64,000 bases of DNA from a virus: positions 1 to 64,000 of IMG/VR virus record IMGVR_UViG_3300045118_000377, one strand, 5' to 3'. The position numbers and the translations under genes are program-made. This document shows, piece after piece, positions 8,235 to 15,654 of the stretch. The notes beneath the pieces were generated by a model. That model ran no database searches. It was given only the letters and a program-made list of their open reading frames with translations, and was not told where the DNA came from. The first letter of the stretch is position 1. Each line of letters begins with the position of its first letter.

Positions 8235-8509
8235 GTGACGACTTCAAGCGGGTGGGCATCGCGCTCACTGAGCCGAGAGGACCTACCGGGAGAAGGGACG
8301 AGTACGGGATCTTCAGGTTGTCCGAGGCCTACGGGCACAAGATCGACCCACCTGCTCTCTACGTTCGGTATGAGGGCTACCGCGAGCAGAGAGAGGACGG
8401 TGAGGCGATGGTCGGGCTGCCTTTGGGCGGCCCGAACTGGCGGCCGCAGCCGTTGAGGGACTTCCACCCTGGAGCATACGAGATCGTGAGGTTCTTCGAT
8501 GAAAGTTGA
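8231..8509 (+). CDS. Hypothetical protein
   Basis: ATGA overlap and GGAGGG SD. Confidence 0.6.
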   Translation: MSDDFKRVGIALTEPRGPTGRRDEYGIFRLSEAYGHKIDPPALYVRYEGYREQREDGEAMVGLPLGGPNWRPQPLRDFHPGAYEIVRFFDES

Positions 8510-8882
8510 AGCTGGCATGGCCCATTTGATCCAGCACTGGCTGGACATGGGGGAGCGTATACCGGACGTGAAAGATGACGTGCTGCAGAGCTACACTGAG
8601 GACTTGGGGGATGGCTACCAGGCCGACATCAAGATCTGCAACGGCGACGGCCCCTGGATCGATGCGGTCCTGTTCAAGGACGGGCATGAGGTCCAGACGC
8701 TCGAGCCCGGCTTTCACTTCCTGGGGCACTACGAGTTCCAGCACGGAGATCGCAAATTCGTGGTCGAGGTCGATACCGACTACGTCTGCCCGCATGGTGT
8801 CCGCGGCCCATGCAATGCGTGCGATGTGGCCGGGGACTTGGCCTACGATGCCTGGCGTGAGGATCAGAGGAAGGACTTCTGA
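8499..8882 (+). CDS. Hypothetical protein with C-terminal CPHG...CxxC Zn-ribbon
   Basis: VCPHGVRGPCNAC. Confidence 0.65.
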   Translation: MKVEAGMAHLIQHWLDMGERIPDVKDDVLQSYTEDLGDGYQADIKICNGDGPWIDAVLFKDGHEVQTLEPGFHFLGHYEFQHGDRKFVVEVDTDYVCPHGVRGPCNACDVAGDLAYDAWREDQRKDF

Positions 8883-9157
8883 TGGTCGACTTGACGCCGG
8901 ACGAACGACAGTTCCTCACCAGTCCCTACCAATCGTTCTGGGGTGTTCACGTCTCGAGCGTGTGCCACCGTCCAGAGCTCTGGTCTCTCATCAAGAAAGG
9001 GCTGATCGTGCTGGAGGACCAGCAGCGCGTACCAGCCAAGAACAAGCCCAGCTTCTTCCTGGTGCTCACAGAGGCCGGGAAGGCTGCGTGGAGGGAGATC
9101 AATGACCACAATGAGATTCACCAAGGAGGCGGGAAGCTCGGTAGCCATGAGCATTGA
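8882..9157 (+). CDS. Hypothetical protein, possibly winged-helix-like
   Basis: SLIKKGLI...LTEAGK pattern. Confidence 0.55.
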   Translation: MVDLTPDERQFLTSPYQSFWGVHVSSVCHRPELWSLIKKGLIVLEDQQRVPAKNKPSFFLVLTEAGKAAWREINDHNEIHQGGGKLGSHEH

Positions 9158-9374
9158 GGGCGAGGACCCGGCCCTTCTGATCGGTGATGGGCCTCCTGAT
9201 GATGTGCGCCTGCCCCCAGAGCTTGGTGGACACATCGAGCGCGTGAAGGAGAGCTTCATGGGCCCCTGCCCTCATTGTCGGCAGAACGTGCGCCACCTGG
9301 TCTTGGAGAGCTGCTCGGTCGCTGAGTGCGTGCAGTTCTTCTGGTATCGCCGCCGGGAGGACAACGACCAATGA
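9102..9374 (+). CDS. Hypothetical protein with CPHC
   Basis: GGAG SD; coupled to the next gene. Confidence 0.55.
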   Translation: MTTMRFTKEAGSSVAMSIEGEDPALLIGDGPPDDVRLPPELGGHIERVKESFMGPCPHCRQNVRHLVLESCSVAECVQFFWYRRREDNDQ

Positions 9375-9535
9375 GAACCTGCCACTGCCCACTTTGCGGT
9401 GGGCCTCCCATGATCCTGGGTGCTCTAGGCAACCTCCTCTGGATGCGTTGCCGAGACTGCGGGATCGACTTCAATCGCAAGCAGCGGCCGAGGAGGAAGC
9501 GTGTGCGGAAGCCGGAGGCGGAAGATGGTCGGTGA
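9371..9535 (+). CDS. Small Zn-ribbon protein
   Basis: CPLCGG...LGALG...RCRDCG; ATGA overlap. Confidence 0.6.
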   Translation: MRTCHCPLCGGPPMILGALGNLLWMRCRDCGIDFNRKQRPRRKRVRKPEAEDGR

Positions 9536-9800
9536 CAAGGCACCTTTCACCTACCAGAAGAACTTCGAGTTCATTGTCAATCTGCGCATTTCCTCACAGC
9601 ATCCTATGGACGGCGTGACCCTGGATACGGTGATGGATCAGATCCGCGTGAACCTTACGCATAGTGACACGATCACGGATGTCTCCGTGGTGCGGGTCGA
9701 ACAAGCCCCCAGCCGGTTGAGCGTGCTCATCGAGCGACTGGCGGTGCTTCAGAACGTGCTCGGTGAGCTGAAAGAGGAGATCAAAGGATGCGGCCGTTGA
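9525..9800 (+). CDS. Hypothetical protein
   Basis: GGAGG SD before ATG 9525. Confidence 0.55.
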   Translation: MVGDKAPFTYQKNFEFIVNLRISSQHPMDGVTLDTVMDQIRVNLTHSDTITDVSVVRVEQAPSRLSVLIERLAVLQNVLGELKEEIKGCGR

Positions 9801-10300
9801 CACCGACACAGAAGGCAGTCGGGACGAACACGTACTTCATCCGCGCGCAGATCTGGTTCCCGGACGGTTCTGCCATCAAGGCCGAGATCCCCTGGGTCGA
9901 CCAGCTGACGGGCAAGCGCCTGACCGATGAGATCGTCGAGGCTATGAAGAAGCCGGAGAAGAAGACGGCCGAGGAGTGGGAGGAGGAGGCGCGCAAGGGT
10001 CTGGAGGAGAAGGCCGCGGCCAAGAAGCTCGAGCGCGCGTTCCGCTGCCTGCCGATCGTGAAGGACGTCGACTGGGTCCAACAGCCCAGCAGTCGGCCGA
10101 TGCGGGGCATCATCGACAACGCCAGGGACATCACGTTCTCGCGAGAGCTGAAGCTCGAGGAGCTGGAGATCGCGAAGAAGTACCTGGCTATCGACGCCTA
10201 CCGCCGTGGCAAAGGCTGGACGGGCGTGTCCGGCTATCGGACGGAGGACAGGCCGGCCTTCGTCTACAGATTCACCACGACCTGGGATTCCAGTGACTGA
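9788..10300 (+). CDS. Hypothetical protein (170 aa)
   Basis: Coupled ORF with typical codon usage. Confidence 0.7.
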   Translation: MRPLTPTQKAVGTNTYFIRAQIWFPDGSAIKAEIPWVDQLTGKRLTDEIVEAMKKPEKKTAEEWEEEARKGLEEKAAAKKLERAFRCLPIVKDVDWVQQPSSRPMRGIIDNARDITFSRELKLEELEIAKKYLAIDAYRRGKGWTGVSGYRTEDRPAFVYRFTTTWDSSD

Positions 10301-10961
10301 TCTCAAACACATCCTGAAGGGCATGAGCGACGAGCAGATCTTGGCGCTGCTGGAGGAGCAGTATGCCGACTACGAGCGCCTGGGCGCAGTAGACGATGAG
10401 GGGAAGCTCATCGAGGCCGACTACTTCGCCAGGGTGATGGCAGAGGCATTCGTCTCTGCCAGCGCCCTCAATCCGAAACTCACCCTTCCCAAGTTCTGTT
10501 CACGGATAGCGGAGGAGACGATGAAGGAGAAGGTCAAGGCCCGGCAGTACTGGGCCGTCAGACACAACGGCGACAACGGCGACCTGATCTTGGGCCGCGT
10601 GAAGAGCGTCCGTACCACCGGCGAGGTGGTGCTGACGAACCTGCTCACGGGCAAACTCTCGACCAAGAAGATCAATGTCCTGCTCGTACGGAACAAGCGC
10701 ATCAAGAAAGAGCAGGCCGACGTGATCCTCGACATCTACCAGAGGAAAGGCCGACCGGCCGCCAGAGCCGAGGCCGTGAGGATGAAGTCTCCCTACGAGC
10801 CACGGCAGGAACAGTTGCCGCTGCGGGACGGGAACGCGATGGCGGCGGCCGAACTCAACAGGAACCTGGAACAGCTGGTGCAGGAGATCAATCTCAAGAT
10901 GCAGCTGGTGATCGCAGAGTTCACGTCCAAGCTGCTCGATCTCGTGAAGGCATCGTTATGA
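10293..10961 (+). CDS. Hypothetical protein, possibly with an internal second start at 10521
   Basis: GTG 10293 overlaps the previous gene; strong GGAGGAG SD before in-frame ATG 10521. Confidence 0.6.
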   Translation: MTDLKHILKGMSDEQILALLEEQYADYERLGAVDDEGKLIEADYFARVMAEAFVSASALNPKLTLPKFCSRIAEETMKEKVKARQYWAVRHNGDNGDLILGRVKSVRTTGEVVLTNLLTGKLSTKKINVLLVRNKRIKKEQADVILDIYQRKGRPAARAEAVRMKSPYEPRQEQLPLRDGNAMAAAELNRNLEQLVQEINLKMQLVIAEFTSKLLDLVKASL

Positions 10962-11296
10962 AGATGATGCCCGGACAGAAGCCCTACACCATGGAGCAGG
11001 CATCCAAGCTGCAGGAGATGCTGTCGGACGCCTGCGACGCGGAGGACGAGATCGACCTGGACGAGCTCGAGCGGTCGGCGGACGCCTACCGGATGACCGA
11101 GGTCCGTGTTGCAGTCAGCCGGTTCGACAGGGCGACCTGCGTGCGAGTACTCGAGTCGATCTCCATCCAGTGCTACGACCACGAGGACGTCGCGACCCTG
11201 CGAACGGCCGTCATCACCAACGTCGAAGACGGGACGCTCAGTCCCAAGGACCTGCTGGCGGAAGGAGAAGTTGGAGGAGGCTCAGAAAGGGCTTGA
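10958..11296 (+). CDS. Hypothetical protein
   Basis: ATGA overlap. Confidence 0.65.
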   Translation: MKMMPGQKPYTMEQASKLQEMLSDACDAEDEIDLDELERSADAYRMTEVRVAVSRFDRATCVRVLESISIQCYDHEDVATLRTAVITNVEDGTLSPKDLLAEGEVGGGSERA

Positions 11297-11486
11297 CCTC
11301 GGCCCTCGATCGGAGTGATCCTGGGGCCTGCGAATCGAGACTGTTCGGTGCCGAACGCCACTCGAGGGACGACATGACACGCTAACACACGATCGGGATA
11401 GAGCAGCCGCTGGTGGTGGGCACCCACCTGAGCCGCCGGCTGATCGAGTCCTCCTGTTGCCCGGCCAGGTACTGCCGGGCGTTTGC

Positions 11487-11557
11487 TGCGGGTAAGTGAA
11501 CCAGCGTCACGGTGGATTCATAATCCACAGAGCCAGGGGCAGCACCTGGACCCGCTA
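11487..11557 (+). tRNA. tRNA with CAU anticodon (Met or Ile2), non-canonical
   Basis: Cloverleaf: acceptor TGCGGGT/ACCCGCT+A, D stem GTGA/TCAC, anticodon arm GTGGA-TT-CAT-AA-TCCAC, T stem CCAGG/CCTGG. T-loop GGCAGCA is atypical and CCA is not encoded. Confidence 0.7.
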
Positions 11558-11710
11558 ACGGGCCGATGACGATCGGCGGTCAATCCATAATAGGGCCACG
11601 GGGACGCCCGGATGATGGGGGCCCATAGGATCGAAGTGACGCCGACCTGCACCCCATCGTGGGCGGCGTCGTTCTTGCTCCGGCCGGAGCGAAACCAAGC
11701 GGAGGAGATC

Positions 11711-12100
11711 ATGGCAACGAAGAAGGCCGAGAAGAAGTCGAACGGGGAGCCGAAGAAGGGGCTGAGCGCGAAGGATCGCAAGGCGCTCGAGAAGAAGCGC
11801 GACCAGCTCTACAGCGTGAGGGACGCCAACGAAGACCTGCCGTACGACATGGTCGACACGGTCAACTCGCTCAGCGACAAGAAAGATCTGAAGTCGCTCA
11901 AGACCGTCCTCAAGACCGTGGGGGTCGACGGCACCAAGTTCCTCGCGGCCATCGACAAGCTTCAGGCCGAGTGGAAGGCCCTCAACGTGAAGATGGACAA
12001 GGCGTCCAAGGCCGCGGAGAAGGAGATCGACAAGCTCGACAAGCAGCTCGGGAAGGACGAGCCCGACAAGCCCTCGCTCAACCCCACCTTCTCGTTCTAG
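11711..12100 (+). CDS. Lysine-rich helical hypothetical protein
   Basis: GGAGGAG SD; MATKKAEKKS...; strong codon bias. Confidence 0.8.
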   Translation: MATKKAEKKSNGEPKKGLSAKDRKALEKKRDQLYSVRDANEDLPYDMVDTVNSLSDKKDLKSLKTVLKTVGVDGTKFLAAIDKLQAEWKALNVKMDKASKAAEKEIDKLDKQLGKDEPDKPSLNPTFSF

Positions 12101-12533
12101 CCCACCCGCCAGCACCCTATCCTATGCGTCCGGCTGCCCCAGGGCGGGCCGCAGGCGGTACGGGAGCCCCCCTGAGTAGCAGTCCGGGCCCCGAGCGCTC
12201 CTGCGGCCGCCTGGGCGGCCTGGCGGCTGTCCTGGAGTGTGTCATTTTTCCCACATACTGGATGTAGGCCGTGTGGCGCTGTATCCGGTATCACTGGTCG
12301 CGCTGTCGGATTGTTCTTGGCATCGGAATAGTCGTTTTTGATTGACTTCCACGTTCAGATCGATCATTGGTGGGGTATGACGTTCAAGAACTACTCGCCA
12401 ACATTGCGCGCGTGGATCAGGAACCATGCGCACGGTGCTTCGCCGGGCGGCTGACCTCCTGAGTCAGCCATGATGCCGAGACGGCCGCCCAGGAACTTCC
12501 TGTGGCGGCTTTGTTGTATCTGGAGATTGGATC

Positions 12534-12928
12534 GTGGGTTGGAAACATAGACTGTCGGATCTGGATCTCAAGTCTATGACCGCGACCTGTGCAGTTTGTG
12601 GCCGGGCACGAGAATCAGATTCAGAGACGGTGGCTCCAGCCGACCAAGGTGTGCGACCAGGGACAGCAACTGGCGTAGCCAACGAGGAGTTGATCATACG
12701 CACTTGCGTTGGGTGCGTGCTCGCGAAGAGATGGTCAGACTGCAACATGGGCGGTGCGCCATCTGTGACAAGAAGAAGGTGTTGGTGCTTGACCATGATC
12801 ATGTTACCGGAAAGATCCGTAACGCTGTCTGCTACTCTTGCAACATGATCTTGGGCAGTATCGAGACCGCGATGAGCAAGGACTTGCTGTCTGCTTTCTT
12901 GGACTACATCGCTTGTCACAAAGATTGA
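12534..12928 (+). pseudogene. Endonuclease VII-like HNH nuclease split by a frameshift near 12603
   Basis: One frame gives HRLSDLD...TCAVCG; another gives PGTRIRF...CAICD...LDHDHVTGKIRNAVCYSCN. One extra C at tgtggc^cgg would join them. Confidence 0.65.
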
Positions 12929-12938
12929 GGAGATCGAG

Positions 12939-13160
12939 ATGCGAACCAGCGCGATGAGAGTGACCAAGACCAAGACCGAGGGCCGGGTCGTGTGTCAGTG
13001 CGGCGCGGTCCTGTCTCTCGTCCAGCCGGCGCAGAAGGAGAGCGCGGAGGTCGAGGAGCGTGATCCGTCCACCAGTGGGCAGATCATCATCCACGACGAG
13101 CATCTCCGTGACCAGCTGGAGAAGGTGCTCGGCTTCCGGCCGTACTCCTTCGGTCGCTGA
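12939..13160 (+). CDS. Small hypothetical protein
   Basis: GAGGAG SD; followed by a GC hairpin near 13174-13198. Confidence 0.6.
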   Translation: MRTSAMRVTKTKTEGRVVCQCGAVLSLVQPAQKESAEVEERDPSTSGQIIIHDEHLRDQLEKVLGFRPYSFGR

Positions 13161-13220
13161 TCTCCAACTCCTACCCAGCGCGCGCCCGCGCGCTGGGGTT
13201 CCTGTTGCCTGAGTGAGACC

Positions 13221-13646
13221 ATGCTGAACTTGACCCTTGCGTTCATGAAGGACAACGACGAGCGACCTTACTCGTGGGTGGACCTCTGCATCGAGCTCGC
13301 AGACCAGGTCATGCACTGGACGGAACGACGCGGCCTGAAGGTCGAGCCCATCACGATCGAACCGCTGGATGGCAAGTACCTGTTCTCCCCCGTAGGGGAG
13401 GGTTGGGCACTCCACCAGGTGATCTTGTGTGGAGGCAAGGTCCACGACATGTACGTGGAGGAGCCGATCGCTCTCGGGCCGTACCTGGAGGTGATGTTCC
13501 CCGGGCAGCGCCTGCGCGTGGAGTATCCCGACCGTGACCCCGTTGGTCTGCACGAGCTGACGAAGCCGGTCGCGATCTACGATATCTGGAAGGATGGCGT
13601 GCTCGAGCTACGTGTTGACACCGACAGCCTGCCCGCGGTAGCCTAG
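13221..13646 (+). CDS. Hypothetical protein (141 aa)
   Basis: Clean ORF with C...H..D spacing (LCIELA; WALHQVI...VHDMY). Confidence 0.7.
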   Translation: MLNLTLAFMKDNDERPYSWVDLCIELADQVMHWTERRGLKVEPITIEPLDGKYLFSPVGEGWALHQVILCGGKVHDMYVEEPIALGPYLEVMFPGQRLRVEYPDRDPVGLHELTKPVAIYDIWKDGVLELRVDTDSLPAVA

Positions 13647-13674
13647 AACTCTCGATGCTCGTGCTCCTTCCTGG

Positions 13675-13707
13675 CGGCCCTCGGGTGATCCCGAGGGCCA
13701 TTTTTTT
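13675..13707 (+). terminator. Intrinsic terminator
   Basis: GGCCCTCGGG-TGAT-CCCGAGGGCC followed by ATTTTTTT. Confidence 0.85.
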
Positions 13708-13753
13708 ACGATCAAGCTAAGAACAACTGGAATGGGATGGCCAGAACATCGGC

Positions 13754-14086
13754 CTAGCGGAAGAACCTGCGGAGGTAGGTGAGCGTGGCGGCGAGCACCG
13801 CTTCGAAGCAACCGCCCACCAGCTGGCCGTCGAAGGAGAGCTGGTAGTAGCGGTCGTAGCGGCGGACGATGCAGACCATCTCGTCCGCCACCTTGATGAC
13901 CAGACGGTGGCAGTCTGGGTCGATCAGCTGGGCCTCGACCGTGACGTTCTCGTTCACGTCGCGGACGAGCTGGTCGTCGAACTCCAACTGCTCCAGGATC
14001 GCCTTCCAGTCGACGTGCTGGAGGTCTGGTGCCGCACCCCAGAGCTCTCTGAGCTTAGGTCCCTGCACCAACTGCATGGTGATCAT
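13754..14086 (-). CDS. Hypothetical protein
   Basis: AAGGAG SD and the repeated promoter motif upstream. Confidence 0.75.
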   Translation of the reverse strand: MITMQLVQGPKLRELWGAAPDLQHVDWKAILEQLEFDDQLVRDVNENVTVEAQLIDPDCHRLVIKVADEMVCIVRRYDRYYQLSFDGQLVGGCFEAVLAATLTYLRRFFR

Positions 14087-14112
14087 AATGATCTCCTTCC
14101 TTGGTTACCGTT

Positions 14113-14148
14113 CTTATCCCTAGGAAGGTGATCGATTTTTCAGCTAAA
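14113..14148 (-). promoter_or_regulatory. Second copy of the promoter/leader element at 2065-2100
   Basis: TTTAGCTGAAAAATCGATCACC...TAGGGATAAG here versus TTTAGCTGCAAAACCGATCACC...TAGGGGATAAG at 2065-2100. Confidence 0.65.
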
Positions 14149-14317
14149 GTGAGATCCCACGGCCTGGGTCGGTCGCGGCTGTGGGTCTTCTGAGGGTGAC
14201 CACACCCCCGGCCCGCGGCGGCCGCCTGCACACCGTGGGGTCTCGGTGCGCACCTGTCCATGGGTGGACGTGGTTCTTATCTCTTGCGGAGTACAATTTT
14301 TGCGTTTAGGATATGTC

Positions 14318-14803
14318 ATGAGAAAAAAGGTCAACATCAAGAGGATTTCGCGCTATTGGCGCAGCGTGGAGGAGCGGCTGGGCAAAGATGAAGTGGCGCG
14401 AAGAAAGACCCGACTTCGTAGAAGAAAGGCCGCAGAAAAACGTGGCCGTAAGATATGCGCAAAGTGCGGTAGGTCCAGGAATACTTCGGGCGATCACAAC
14501 GTATACTGCAACCAATGCCTTAGTGAGTACCAGAAGGAATACAAGAGGGCCTACAGACTGAGGAAGTATGGGTTGGATGTTGCTTCTTACAATCTCCTTA
14601 TGGAGTCTCAGAATGGGGGTTGTGCTATCTGTGGCGGAGGCCCTCGTGGGCGATGTAAGTACTTATCGGTGGATCACGATCATTCTACCGGGAAAGTGCG
14701 TGGGCTTCTCTGCAGTCGGTGCAACAGTATCTTGAGTCTTCTGGGCGACGATATCAAGGCACCGATGCTGAGTAAGATCATTGAGTATTTGGGAGCAAGC
14801 TAA
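14318..14803 (+). CDS. Endonuclease VII-like HNH nuclease
   Basis: CAKC...CNQC...LRKYGL...QNGGCAICG...VDHDHSTGKVRGLLCSRCN. AT-rich. TTGCGG-N17-TAGGAT lies just upstream. Confidence 0.85.
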   Translation: MRKKVNIKRISRYWRSVEERLGKDEVARRKTRLRRRKAAEKRGRKICAKCGRSRNTSGDHNVYCNQCLSEYQKEYKRAYRLRKYGLDVASYNLLMESQNGGCAICGGGPRGRCKYLSVDHDHSTGKVRGLLCSRCNSILSLLGDDIKAPMLSKIIEYLGAS

Positions 14804-14826
14804 CGGGGGAATTTCACCCCCTCCGG

Positions 14827-15237
14827 TCAGACCTTGCGGCCTGACCGGCTCGGCGTCCTCTTGATCTCCTCCATCCGCTCAGCTGCAGAACGGACGAGGA
14901 TCTCGAGCTGAGCCCGCAGTTGGTCCTTGTTCAATCTCTTCTCCGAGGCTTTCTTGATCGCCTCGGCGAAGGTGATGAACTCGACCTCCGCCTTAGTCAG
15001 GACGAGGACCTCTCCGCCACTGAGGCGGACCAAACTGTGGTGGATACGGATCTCTCCGTCCTCTCCGACGAAGTCGGAGAGGTCGACGACATACTTCTGT
15101 CCGTCGACCTCCACCTCCACCGTCTTTCCGATCTCGGTAAGCGCTTGTATCGTCTTACCGAGGCCGAACCCTTTGGCGATCGCCGGGCCCACCACGGTCC
15201 CGATGACAGCCAAGACCACCATCGTTTCAAGGATCAT
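14827..15237 (-). CDS. Hypothetical protein with N-terminal hydrophobic helix
   Basis: AAGGAGG SD before ATG 15237; MILETMVVLAVIGTVVG. Confidence 0.7.
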   Translation of the reverse strand: MILETMVVLAVIGTVVGPAIAKGFGLGKTIQALTEIGKTVEVEVDGQKYVVDLSDFVGEDGEIRIHHSLVRLSGGEVLVLTKAEVEFITFAEAIKKASEKRLNKDQLRAQLEILVRSAAERMEEIKRTPSRSGRKV

Positions 15238-15261
15238 AATACCTCCTTTCTTGGTCATGTT

Positions 15262-15302
15262 TCTTATAACCTGCAAAAACGATCGGTTTGCAGGTAATAA
15301 GA
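15262..15302. promoter_or_regulatory. Palindromic bidirectional promoter element
   Basis: TCTTATAACCTGCAAAAACGATCGGTTTGCAGGTAATAAGA, between divergent genes that each carry CAAGAAAGGAG before ATG. Confidence 0.7.
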
Positions 15303-15328
15303 GATCCAATCAAGAAAGGAGATAGTTC

Positions 15329-15541
15329 ATGGGTGAGAAGAAGCGTTTGGCCATGGAGATGCAGGAGATGGCGGGCTGCTTGCGGCGTGCGGGCGTCAAC
15401 TTCATCATCGCGGTGGACCTTGGTCGGAAGGGCAAGGTTCACAACGTGATGGTGGAGATGGAGTCGCAGGACCACCACCACACTCTGGATCTACTGTGCG
15501 GGATCCTGGAGGTATGGTGGGACGGCAGCCACAAGAAGTAG
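15329..15541 (+). CDS. Hypothetical protein (70 aa)
   Basis: AAGGAG SD. Confidence 0.7.
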   Translation: MGEKKRLAMEMQEMAGCLRRAGVNFIIAVDLGRKGKVHNVMVEMESQDHHHTLDLLCGILEVWWDGSHKK

Positions 15542-15568
15542 GGCAGATCCAACTAAGAAAGGAGGTGC

Positions 15569-15596
15569 GAGAGCGCGCTTGCGCTCTCATTAGCTA
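15569..15596 (+). terminator. Hairpin terminator
   Basis: GAGAGCGC-GCTT-GCGCTCTC followed by ATTAGCT. Confidence 0.5.
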
Positions 15597-15654
15597 GATC
15601 TTGGATTTTCTTAGCCTCCCTGTGATAAGCTACGACAGCCGCGCGGGAGCACCG

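Noticed and set aside
11558-11626. Possible second tRNA (GGGCC...GGCCCA)
   Set aside because: No consistent anticodon and T arms could be built.
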